DNA from: an archaeon
GTDB taxonomy: Archaea > Nanobdellota > Nanobdellia > Woesearchaeales > ARS49
Reading direction: 5' to 3'
Assembly (NCBI GenBank): GCA_020051845.1
Contig: JAGVQG010000056.1
Location: 1-59,942 of the forward strand
Length of the DNA: 59,942 nucleotides
In this document: in pieces, positions 1-7,971 of the stretch
Layout of the letters: the number at the start of each line of letters is the position of its first letter
How positions within the stretch are numbered: the first letter of the stretch is position 1
The notes under the pieces: generated by a model
What the model was told of the DNA's origin: nothing
What the model saw: the letters and a program-made list of their open reading frames with translations, nothing else
The model's database searches: none
Position numbers and translations under genes: made by a program

Positions 1-121
1 GGAAACGCAGCAAAAATAGGCGCACCCAAAAGATACATCGGAAAACGAGCAGTAGTAATCATCCTAGAGAACTAGACTAATTGTGCAACACTGCATATAT
101 AAAATGATGTGGCTACATTAT

Positions 122-766
122 TCATCCACGCTCTTGCGCGGCGTACAATCTCTCGAACAGCGGCAGTGGAATTGCTGTGATGTCCTTCAATTCTTGCATT
201 GTCTCCTCTAAATCGATGATTATCCATGGATTGTTCTTTCTCTGGTCTATTGCCTTGTTGATGATGCTATCCCAATCAATAAATCTCTCGGCATGTATGA
301 TTGTTTCTATGTCTTCATGGTCTCTCTCCCTTCGCGTGACTGCTTTGAGGAGTATCAGGTCCTCTTTTGCTAGAAGCGAGACTGTGAGTTCGTGCGTACC
401 CAGATAGTCGCGTCTCTCGACGATCGCTGACTGTGTGAAATCGATGCTCATGCCAAAGACGTTTCCGACAAATAGGTCGAAGCGCTCCTCTCCACGCGTG
501 TACATGCGCGGTTTGTGCGCGTGTTTCTTGCGTTTGCCATCATAGATATCGCCGATTTCCCGTTCCCTATAGCCCAATTTCAGGATGGCTTTGACGAAAG
601 TGTCCCTGTCCTCTTCGGCGGCGAATACGAGATCGATATCTTTTGTCGCGGTCTTATATCCGAGAAACATCATGGCTGTGCCGCCTATTGCGATGCAGGA
701 GATGTTTTTCCCAAGATATTCCGCGACGAGTCGGAAGAGTTCGTCCTGGTCTTTCGTTGTTATCAT
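122..766 (-). CDS. AbiEii-like minimal nucleotidyltransferase (putative toxin of a type IV TA / abortive-infection pair)
   Basis: 214-aa ORF. N-terminal IAIGGTAMMFLGYKTATKDIDLVF resembles the GG...DxD minimal NTase signature. Its start overlaps the stop of the upstream wHTH gene by 4 nt (ATGA). Confidence 0.5.
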   Translation of the reverse strand: MITTKDQDELFRLVAEYLGKNISCIAIGGTAMMFLGYKTATKDIDLVFAAEEDRDTFVKAILKLGYREREIGDIYDGKRKKHAHKPRMYTRGEERFDLFVGNVFGMSIDFTQSAIVERRDYLGTHELTVSLLAKEDLILLKAVTRRERDHEDIETIIHAERFIDWDSIINKAIDQRKNNPWIIIDLEETMQELKDITAIPLPLFERLYAAQERG

Positions 767-1230
767 AGACGATACCTCAATGGAATCGTTTTACATCGGG
801 TGCGTGCGCGCGCTCGGACATAGAGTTTCTGGACGTCACTGACCAGGTTATTCTTCTTGGCCAGGTCAAAGAGACGTTTCCAACTCCGGACATGGCGGAA
901 GAGATGCGTGGTCGCATCCAATGTCCTGACATCACCTATCCTGATGCCATCGATAATGGCTCGCTCCACAGTGTATCTGCCTATGACTCGGTGTCGGAAC
1001 GCAGGAACTAGCTTCTCAGGACTGTATCGATTGACGACAGAATAGAATCCATTGTCGGGTTCCTGTGGCCGTGTACTGATGGTGTAGATACGTTTTTGGT
1101 GCCTACCACCACTCACACTGACTAATCCTTTTCGTTTGAGTCTGAACAGAAGATTGAGCGCCGACTGCCTTGCAAGCCCTGTCTTTGCGACGAACGTGTC
1201 AAGAGTGTACTTACCTTCTTGCAGGTTCAT
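763..1230 (-). CDS. winged-HTH protein, AbiEi-like putative antitoxin/regulator
   Basis: 155-aa ORF. The N-terminus (LDTFVAKTGLARQSALNLLFRLKRKGLVSV) looks like a wHTH. It is translationally coupled to the NTase gene downstream. Confidence 0.45.
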   Translation of the reverse strand: MNLQEGKYTLDTFVAKTGLARQSALNLLFRLKRKGLVSVSGGRHQKRIYTISTRPQEPDNGFYSVVNRYSPEKLVPAFRHRVIGRYTVERAIIDGIRIGDVRTLDATTHLFRHVRSWKRLFDLAKKNNLVSDVQKLYVRARARTRCKTIPLRYRL

Positions 1231-1378
1231 TTATGTTATCCATACGAAGTAATATATAAACTTTACTAATAGATTAGATTGCACGATGTCAATGACACTT
1301 CAGAATGACCATTTCCGATAGTTTTAAGAGCTTTTTGTCCCCGTTCCGTCAATAAACCCAGAACTAGCGACCGGAAGC

Positions 1379-1410
1379 TTTATATATGACCTATCCGAAA
1401 TCTATATAAT
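1379..1410 (+). promoter_or_regulatory. TATA-box region upstream of tfb (two TATA-like elements)
   Basis: TTTATATAT at 1379-1387 and TCTATATAAT at 1401-1410. The second lies about 55 nt upstream of ATG 1464, and GGGGGAAGG sits just before the ATG. Confidence 0.4.
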
Positions 1411-1463
1411 ATTAGTTGTGGCGTAGCATCTATGTTGCGCAAGTTGGGTTAGGGGGAAGGAAA

Positions 1464-2399
1464 ATGCCAGACCACATGTTGTATGTGAAAAAGTGCCCTG
1501 AATGCGGCAGCATCAACCTTTTCATCAATCGCGATAAAGGCGAGATCATCTGCAAGGACTGCGGTATCGTCGTCGAGGACAAGATGGTCGAGTTCGACCA
1601 GGAATGGCGCGACTTCGATTCTGACGGTGAAGCAGGCAACAGCGGGCGCAGGACAGGCGCTCCAATGACCTATACCCAATTCGACCGTGGTCTCGGCACC
1701 GAGGTCGGACAGAAAGCCGACCTTCTAGCCCTTGGATCAAAGGACCGCAACAAGTTCTTCCGCCTCAGGAAATGGCAATACAGGATCAGCACGGCCATCG
1801 AGCGCAACCTCAAGCTGGCTCTTGCCGAACTCAAACGCGTAAGCAGCTTCCTCAAGCTTCCAAGATCAGTCGAGGAAGAGGCTGCCATGATTTACACTCA
1901 AGCAGTACAGCGTGGCCTTGTAAGGGGCCGTTCAATGGAATCCGTCGTCTCTGGCGCGCTATACGCTGCCTGCAGGCGCCACGAGGTCCCAAGGACTCTG
2001 GACGAGCTCAGCGAAGCGTCAGGCATCGAGAAGAAGGAGATAGGACGCACATACCGGTTCGTCACGCGCGAGCTCGGCATCAAGATATTGCCAAGCAATC
2101 CTGCTGATTACATCGCACGCTTCGCGAGTTCATTGAAACTCGCGGCCGAGACACAATCAAAGGCCGTCGAGATCCTTGAGAAGGCGCAGAACAGCGAACT
2201 CACGAGCGGTCGCGGTCCGACAGGAATAGCCGCTGCATCGTTGTACGTGAGCGCCTTGATCCACGGCGAGAAGCGCACACAGCGCGAAGTCGCCGATGTC
2301 GCAGGCGTCACAGAAGTCACTATCAGAAACCGTTACAAGGAACTCCTTGAAAAGCTCAAGCTCGACAAGGAGATCAAGAAGCAGAAGAAGAAACGGTGA
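1464..2399 (+). CDS. tfb: transcription initiation factor IIB (TFB)
   Basis: N-terminal Zn ribbon CPECGS...CKDCG followed by two cyclin-like repeats. ATG 1464 is preferred over TTG 1416 because it follows an SD-like GGGGGAAGG. Confidence 0.93.
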   Translation: MPDHMLYVKKCPECGSINLFINRDKGEIICKDCGIVVEDKMVEFDQEWRDFDSDGEAGNSGRRTGAPMTYTQFDRGLGTEVGQKADLLALGSKDRNKFFRLRKWQYRISTAIERNLKLALAELKRVSSFLKLPRSVEEEAAMIYTQAVQRGLVRGRSMESVVSGALYAACRRHEVPRTLDELSEASGIEKKEIGRTYRFVTRELGIKILPSNPADYIARFASSLKLAAETQSKAVEILEKAQNSELTSGRGPTGIAAASLYVSALIHGEKRTQREVADVAGVTEVTIRNRYKELLEKLKLDKEIKKQKKKR

Positions 2400-2422
2400 A
2401 AGGGAGGTGTGGTGAGCACACA

Positions 2423-3229
2423 ATGAAATACGCGCTCATCACGGATATCCACGGGAATCTTGAAGCACTTGACGCAGTCCTGAAAGAGATAGAGACAGCA
2501 GGCATATCGCCCGAACACACAGGCTGTCTTGGTGATATGGTCGGCTACGGGCCTTACCCGAATGAATGCGTCGATAAAGTCAGGCGCAGGTGCGGTTTTG
2601 TCGTGCATGGCAACCATGAACTGTCCGTTGTGAGCGGGATTCCGAAGGCATACATCCACTCCAGTCTGTTTGAGATGATGAAGTGGACCAAGAAGAGAAT
2701 CACGCAGGAGAATCTTGAATGGATGGCCCAACTTCCTGCGCAGACACGATTCAGATATGGGATCGTTGCCCATGGCCAACCGATTTACGGCGACAAAATA
2801 TTCGATTACGAGCGCGTCAACAACTATGTCTTCATCGAGGAAGGTAAAGACGCGACATTTGTCATGTCGAGGGTTTTCCGTAACCTGAAGCACCACTCCA
2901 AGGAGACAGGCAACGGTTCCTATCTCGCGGCTTTCGGCCACACCCATGAAGGTTGGGCTATGATCGAGAATGACCGTTTCGTGAGGCTTGAACCTGATTT
3001 CAAGACGCGCAGATATGAGAACCCCGATAAGGCGTTGATGATCGCATCGGTCCCTTCTGTGGGCCTTCCGCGCGACGGCGACTGGCGCTCTGGCTGGCTC
3101 GAGGTCGATGCGCACGGCGTGACGCTGCACAGGACAGAGTATGATGTGCAGGCGACAATCGACGCCACGATACATGAAGCTGTAACTGACGGAGTCATGC
3201 CCTTACAGAAAGGAACGTTCAAAAGATGA
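2423..3229 (+). CDS. metallophosphoesterase (calcineurin-like, YfcE/MJ0936-type)
   Basis: Motifs DIHGN, GDMVGYGP and GNHE. GGGAGGTG lies upstream of ATG 2423. Confidence 0.8.
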   Translation: MKYALITDIHGNLEALDAVLKEIETAGISPEHTGCLGDMVGYGPYPNECVDKVRRRCGFVVHGNHELSVVSGIPKAYIHSSLFEMMKWTKKRITQENLEWMAQLPAQTRFRYGIVAHGQPIYGDKIFDYERVNNYVFIEEGKDATFVMSRVFRNLKHHSKETGNGSYLAAFGHTHEGWAMIENDRFVRLEPDFKTRRYENPDKALMIASVPSVGLPRDGDWRSGWLEVDAHGVTLHRTEYDVQATIDATIHEAVTDGVMPLQKGTFKR

Positions 3230-3542
3230 ATCGCCTGCGCGAGAAATCCTTGACTTTTCCGTCGACAACCTTGATTCCTTCATTCCGAAGCAATCCTGTT
3301 TTCCTGTCGATCTGTTCACCTTCTGTGCAACCCATGAAGCCGCCGATGGAACCATCTGAAGAGACGACGCGATGACAAGGGACCTGGGGTGAGTATGGGT
3401 TCCTCTTCAACGCACCCCCGATAGCTTGCGCTGACGCGACACCAACCACAGATGCAAGATCGCCATAGGTGATGACTTTTCCCGCAGGGACCTTGCGCAA
3501 GGCGTGATAGACCTTTTCCTGGAATTCTGTGGTTCTAACCAT
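3219..3542 (-). CDS. ogt: methylated-DNA--protein-cysteine methyltransferase, DNA-binding/active-site domain only
   Basis: PCHRVV active-site motif. A 107-aa product results if started at ATG 3542; the upstream ORF extension looks non-coding in this frame. Confidence 0.8.
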   Translation of the reverse strand: MVRTTEFQEKVYHALRKVPAGKVITYGDLASVVGVASAQAIGGALKRNPYSPQVPCHRVVSSDGSIGGFMGCTEGEQIDRKTGLLRNEGIKVVDGKVKDFSRRRFIF

Positions 3543-3642
3543 TTGCGAATTTCTTCGTCCTGTGAGGCCCGCCTCGCTTGAAGAAGACGCCTTTCTTGCG
3601 TTTCTTGTGGGTCTTGCGCTGGTACGGTTCGCCTTCATCCAT
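3535..3642 (-). CDS. 35-aa highly basic micro-protein (hypothetical)
   Basis: MDEGEPYQRKTHKKRKKGVFFKRGGPHRTKKFANG. The ATG is about 26 nt downstream of a TATA-like TTTAATAAA. Its stop overlaps the ogt start by 8 nt (ATGGTTAG). Confidence 0.3.
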   Translation of the reverse strand: MDEGEPYQRKTHKKRKKGVFFKRGGPHRTKKFANG

Positions 3643-3663
3643 GACGGTGCAGATGATGACAAC

Positions 3664-3672
3664 CTTTATTAA
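3664..3672. promoter_or_regulatory. near-palindromic TATA element shared by divergent genes
   Basis: TTTATTAAA reads TTTAATAAA on the other strand. It sits about 26 nt from ATG 3642 (minus) and about 45 nt from ATG 3714 (plus). Confidence 0.35.
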
Positions 3673-3713
3673 ACCGCCCGTGGTCATTCTTATTATCGAA
3701 CGAGGTGTTGGAT

Positions 3714-3986
3714 ATGATGTCATCGATTCCGATTGATTTGCAGAAGTCGAAGAAAGATATAGACAAGCAGATCTGTCGAGTGGGCATGATTGCAGAGCTC
3801 GACGCGATAAGCTTGTATGAACAACTGGCCGCCATGACGGAGAACACGGTCCTCAAGGCCACGCTCCTCGACATCGCCAAGGAAGAGAAGACGCACACAG
3901 GAGAGTTCGAGGCCATCCTGCTTCGATTGGACAAGGAGCACGAGAAGGAGATCGCGGCGGGTAAGAAGGAAGTCGAAGAGAAGTGA
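3714..3986 (+). CDS. small ferritin-like protein of the encapsulated-ferritin (EncFtn) type
   Basis: ELDAISLYEQ and DIAKEEKTHTGEF match the two EncFtn helix motifs (E-x-x-H di-iron ligands). The product is about 90 aa. An SD-like GAGGTG precedes the ATG. Confidence 0.6.
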   Translation: MMSSIPIDLQKSKKDIDKQICRVGMIAELDAISLYEQLAAMTENTVLKATLLDIAKEEKTHTGEFEAILLRLDKEHEKEIAAGKKEVEEK

Positions 3987-3987
3987 A

Positions 3988-4320
3988 TCATCTCGACGGA
4001 ACCCTTATCGGGTCTAGCAGGGCGCGTACCAGCCTGCAACGATATGCCTCGGACATGTTATCAAAGCCCAGCAACGCGTCGAAGAATTCCGTCCTTTGAC
4101 CGTCTGTCGCCATGATTTTCCGCTCTCCGGTCTTGACATAAGCAGTGTAGATTTTCTGGCCTATTCCGCTCACGTATACGAGCTGCATCCGGCCGCTCAC
4201 AACAGTCTCGCTCATGCGCTCGAAACCTAACGCGCGGAATTCGTGGTCAAGTCCCATGGCGAGTTCTTCGATGCTGACGTTGTTGCCTATCTTAAGACCG
4301 ACTGCATTGTGCATGATCAC
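3988..4320 (-). CDS. hypothetical protein
   Basis: 110-aa ORF directly downstream of the methyltransferase-kinase gene on the same strand. No motif recognised. Confidence 0.4.
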   Translation of the reverse strand: MIMHNAVGLKIGNNVSIEELAMGLDHEFRALGFERMSETVVSGRMQLVYVSGIGQKIYTAYVKTGERKIMATDGQRTEFFDALLGFDNMSEAYRCRLVRALLDPIRVPSR

Positions 4321-4349
4321 ATAATTGATGATATGATATAAAAGAGTTT

Positions 4350-5522
4350 TCAGCCCAACAACGCGGAAATCGCGTCGAAGGTCTTCCTGTCGGGGAATCT
4401 GGAATAATTCTCGGCCCTACGCCGCAATGCCGTGTGGTCGATGAATATCTTCTTGCTCTCGAGCACTGACGCGAGTTGTGAAAGATATTGACAGCATTGC
4501 GTGACATTGTGCGGCCTTGGCGTGTGGTGGCCGCGTTCGAAGTCGAGCAACGTGACTTTTTTACCTACCACGATGTGTTTGTGCGGGTGGTGCATCTCCT
4601 CTTTCTGGATTCCGAGAGTGTCTAAGACGAGACATTGACGCAATACTTCGCGCAAAACTTCCAACGTCGCTTTTCTTGAAGCTCCAGGAAGCCAGTCCCT
4701 GATCAATTCGCCTTTGGCGAAATCGTAGCAAAGCACTTTCTCCGTCGAGAAGATAATCTTCGGCCCGATTCTCTTCTTGTTGATCATCCCCAACACGCGC
4801 GCCTCGTTCTCGATCCTGCCGATCGCTTCGCTTTTGGGGTTGTGGATCTTCAGCGCGACCTCTTTCTTTCCGATCTTCCCCTTGAATATCCATCCGCGTT
4901 TTCCTTTCGAGAAATAATCGATGTCGGTCACGCGTTTCCTTTCGGCGTCAAGTCGTGAGAAGGTCTTGCGCAGCCCGTAGACGTAATATGTCTCGAATGC
5001 GATGTGGTTCGTCGCTAGCATCGTCCAATCGAGAAGCGATCTTTCGATAAGTTCGTGTACTTTCGATTTGTCGGTGCGTGACGTGAACAACAAAAAGATG
5101 TTGCCTTTCGGCGTCAGGTGGCTCGGAGCCGTCTCAAGGAATCTTTCGATGGTCTCCCATCCTTTCTTTCCGCCTATTGTCGCAGGATCGTCAGGATAAC
5201 CATCCGCTGGCAGATAGGGTGGGTTGAAAAGAATGGTGTCGAACTTCGTTTTCGGCACCTTGGAAAAAAGATCGGATTGGATGAACTTGGCTTTCTTGTT
5301 GGTCTTTGTAATGGTGTCATTGCAGTGTCTCACAGCCAATGGGTTGATGTCGACGCCCAGCACGCTCTTTGCTTTTGCTTCAAGCGCTGCCTTGCTCTGT
5401 ATCCCTGACCCGCAACCCATGTCAAGCACCTTTCCAAGGGCTTTTTCCCGGACGACTGCAGCGAGCAAAAGTGAGTCTTCGAGCGGAGGGTAGACAGAGA
5501 CGGGCAAATCCTTGGTCACCAT
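4350..5522 (-). CDS. fusion protein: HemK/Mtq2-like SAM methyltransferase plus small Bud32/RIO-like (COG2112-type) kinase domain
   Basis: N-terminal half has VLDMGCGSGIQS (SAM motif I) and NPPYLP (motif IV). C-terminal half has GKRGWIFKG...EVALKI (P-loop/Lys) and KHIVVGKKVTLLDFERG (catalytic/DFE). ATG 5522 is preferred over the 5714 extension. Confidence 0.7.
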   Translation of the reverse strand: MVTKDLPVSVYPPLEDSLLLAAVVREKALGKVLDMGCGSGIQSKAALEAKAKSVLGVDINPLAVRHCNDTITKTNKKAKFIQSDLFSKVPKTKFDTILFNPPYLPADGYPDDPATIGGKKGWETIERFLETAPSHLTPKGNIFLLFTSRTDKSKVHELIERSLLDWTMLATNHIAFETYYVYGLRKTFSRLDAERKRVTDIDYFSKGKRGWIFKGKIGKKEVALKIHNPKSEAIGRIENEARVLGMINKKRIGPKIIFSTEKVLCYDFAKGELIRDWLPGASRKATLEVLREVLRQCLVLDTLGIQKEEMHHPHKHIVVGKKVTLLDFERGHHTPRPHNVTQCCQYLSQLASVLESKKIFIDHTALRRRAENYSRFPDRKTFDAISALLG

Positions 5523-5900
5523 GATATCAGCATACCTTTCCTCCTTTATAAATGCTGGGTGGCTAATTGAATTAGTGCCTGGGCAAAAGCAATCAAAATA
5601 CTCAACCCAAACACATATTCCCGAAAAACAACCATCCCTCATGAGTTTATCGACGGGACCATATTCTCCAGCAACGAAATATTTATATACTTGAGTCACC
5701 ATACTAATATACAATATAGTATACCAGCATAGGCAGACAGATAGTGCCTAATGCTTCAGACATTTGACCTCCTGAGCTTGTCGGGAAAAACGACGCGGGA
5801 AAAAGAGGCCTGGTCATCGATTGATCGGGTAATTGGCAATAGACAACTACGCCCGGCAGCTCTCCTTTTCAAATAATTCTGATAAAATCACATAAAAGAA

Positions 5901-6068
5901 TCAGTATCTCTCTTTCTCAGGCAAAATTCCTATGCACTTCGTCTCCTTGAACCCGCATGCCATACAGACGAAATTCACGAACTTGGAATTGCCGCTGATG
6001 GAGCCGAAAGACTGCCGCATCTTGCCTTTGCATTTTGGGCAAGCACCGGATGATTCCTTCTTTTCCAT
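5901..6068 (-). CDS. small zinc-ribbon protein (55 aa)
   Basis: Translated by hand: MEKKESSGACPKCKGKMRQ...FVCMACGFKETKCIGILPEKERY, with CPxC...CxxC. It is below the ORF-track length cutoff. Confidence 0.5.
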   Translation of the reverse strand: MEKKESSGACPKCKGKMRQSFGSISGNSKFVNFVCMACGFKETKCIGILPEKERY

Positions 6069-6225
6069 GACGCTAAAATAATGGCCGTGGTATTTAATCC
6101 TTTGGAACGACCTATTGTGCTTTAATATTGAAACCGTGTCGAGTCATCATCGAAACAGGCATCCTCCTGATGTGCGGAATCTTTAAATATCGCTTTGACA
6201 TGGGGTTGGCCAAGGGGTGGTAGGA

Positions 6226-6345
6226 ATGGACGGACACGAACGCGCTGCGTTGATCGAAAGAATCACAAGATCATTGATTGATAAATCGCACGTGGAACCG
6301 ACGATCGCCGAGGAGATGGCTCGTCGCTGGGTCACGATGTCATAG
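6226..6345 (+). CDS. 39-aa hypothetical micro-protein upstream of ftsZ
   Basis: MDGHERAALIERITRSLIDKSHVEPTIAEEMARRWVTMS. GGGGTGGTAGGA precedes the ATG. A TATA-like CTTTAAATAT lies at 6181-6190. Confidence 0.3.
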   Translation: MDGHERAALIERITRSLIDKSHVEPTIAEEMARRWVTMS

Positions 6346-6430
6346 GCGAGGTGACACATGGCAAAGGATGAGGAATTCGACGAAGACTGGGATGAAGATA
6401 TAGAAGATATCTAAGGCCGTCTTCAAAAAA

Positions 6431-7477
6431 ATGATCAGTAGAGGGAAACAATTGAGTGAGCACTCTGAACAGGATTTGGAATCGTTCTTGAAGGAATCTT
6501 CTGTGGTGATCAAGGTTCTTGGTTCTGGCGGAGCAGGCAACAACACGCTCGACAGCCTGTATTCTTCAGGCGTCCACGGCGCCGAACTTATCGCGCTCAA
6601 CACCGACGCCCAGGATCTCCTGGACACTTCCTGTGATGCAAAGATACTGCTTGGAAGGAATCTTACTCGTGGCCTTGGGGCAGGCAACGATCCCCTGAAG
6701 GGTGAGCAGGCCGCAAGGGAAAGCCAGGCAGCCATCAGAGAGGCTGTTCAGGACGCTGACCTTGTCTTCATCGTTGGCGGTCTTGGAGGTGGCACAGGCA
6801 CGGGCTCATTGCCTGTGATCGCTGACGTTGTCAAGGAATGCGGCATCCTTAGCGTAGCCGTCGTCTCCATGCCGTTCCAGATGGAAGGGAAGAGACGTAT
6901 GGAGAACGCCATGCAGGGCATGCGCAAGCTCGAGGATAAGGTTGACGCGCTCATCGTGCTTCCTAATGACCGGCTCATGGAGCACGCGCAGCAGATGCCA
7001 TTGCAGCAGGCCTTTGGCATGGCAGACAAGGTCTCTGCGCAGGCGCTCAAGGGCATTATCGAACTCATCACAAGACCAGGGATAGTCAACCTGGACTTCT
7101 CTGACCTTAAGGCGATCCTGAAGAACAGCGGCGTGTGTGTCATAGGCGTAGGCGAAAGCGACACGCAGGAACGCGCCATCGAAGCTGTCCAGAACGCGCT
7201 CGGCAACCCGCTTGTCGAGGCGAACATAAGCGAAGCCAAGGGCGCGCTCATCAACGTCATCGGCGGCATGGACATGACCCTCAGCCAGGCGCAATCGACG
7301 ATAGAGGAGGTCAAGCGTTCGCTTTCCGAAGACGCGAAGATAATCTGGGGCACCCAACTCGATGAGAGCATGAAGGGCAAGATAAAAGTCCTTGTTGTGA
7401 TGACAGGCCTCACAAGCAGGGCCATGGTGGATAGCCAGGCAGTCGACGGCTATGTCGCCATGGATGAGATTCTATGA
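6431..7477 (+). CDS. ftsZ: cell division GTPase FtsZ (paralog A)
   Basis: GSGGAGNN, GGLGGGTGTG (tubulin signature) and NLDFSDLK (T7 loop). Confidence 0.95.
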   Translation: MISRGKQLSEHSEQDLESFLKESSVVIKVLGSGGAGNNTLDSLYSSGVHGAELIALNTDAQDLLDTSCDAKILLGRNLTRGLGAGNDPLKGEQAARESQAAIREAVQDADLVFIVGGLGGGTGTGSLPVIADVVKECGILSVAVVSMPFQMEGKRRMENAMQGMRKLEDKVDALIVLPNDRLMEHAQQMPLQQAFGMADKVSAQALKGIIELITRPGIVNLDFSDLKAILKNSGVCVIGVGESDTQERAIEAVQNALGNPLVEANISEAKGALINVIGGMDMTLSQAQSTIEEVKRSLSEDAKIIWGTQLDESMKGKIKVLVVMTGLTSRAMVDSQAVDGYVAMDEIL

Positions 7478-7971
7478 TAACTTTAGGACCACAGAGCGAT
7501 TTCCTGTTCCTCGCGACTCCGCTTGATAACAGGAAGCAGCGTCCGATGCGAGAGTTATATGAGGCGATCCACGCCAGCAGACTCAAAGTCATAGCCCTAG
7601 GCACGATCCACACCAACATAATCGCACCTAATGTCAAGGAGACCCTTGCATACAGCCTTTCCTGGTGGCTCTCTGAGCGAAGCGTACACCATTGCGTTTT
7701 CCAGACATCGAAATCCTACAAAGCGATCGTGGGCTTCGAAAGCAAAACGCCGTTGGAGGATCTGGCGAAGACATTGCCTGATCTGACCACTGAACTGGAA
7801 GGTAATGTCGCAAGACTTTATGGCTGTGGTAACATTCAATGGGATATGAAAGCAAGAAACACGCTCGACGTGCTGGGCCAGACCGAGAAAGTCGTCGAGT
7901 ACGGCATTCCCTATCTGAAGCGTCGTTCGAGGGATTTCATCGGGAAGTTCATCGCCGATTCCGAGGAATGA
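7474..7971 (+). CDS. hypothetical protein translationally coupled to ftsZ
   Basis: 165-aa ORF. Its ATG overlaps the ftsZ stop (ATGA). No motif recognised. Confidence 0.55.
   Translation: MITLGPQSDFLFLATPLDNRKQRPMRELYEAIHASRLKVIALGTIHTNIIAPNVKETLAYSLSWWLSERSVHHCVFQTSKSYKAIVGFESKTPLEDLAKTLPDLTTELEGNVARLYGCGNIQWDMKARNTLDVLGQTEKVVEYGIPYLKRRSRDFIGKFIADSEE

Noticed and set aside
1-62. Possible 5' end of a minus-strand gene running off the left edge (MITTARFPMYLLGAPIFAAF...)
   Set aside because: Only 20 codons are visible, too little to support a call.
1416-1463. TTG-initiated N-terminal extension of TFB
   Set aside because: The extension (MWRSIYVAQVGLGGRK) is not TFB-like. ATG 1464 follows an SD-like GGGGGAAGG and begins directly at the Zn-ribbon region.
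2333-3175. 280-aa ORF on the minus strand
   Set aside because: It is antisense to the metallophosphoesterase gene, whose plus-strand frame carries clear DIHGN/GD/GNHE motifs. The minus-frame product is Arg/Cys/His-rich and matches no recognised motif.
5523-5714. 64-codon N-terminal extension of the methyltransferase-kinase ORF
   Set aside because: The sequence is Cys/Phe/Tyr-rich and AT-rich promoter-like DNA. The HemK-like domain begins right after ATG 5522.
6748-7425. 225-aa and 183-aa minus-strand ORFs
   Set aside because: They are antisense to ftsZ paralog A, which has unambiguous tubulin-signature motifs.
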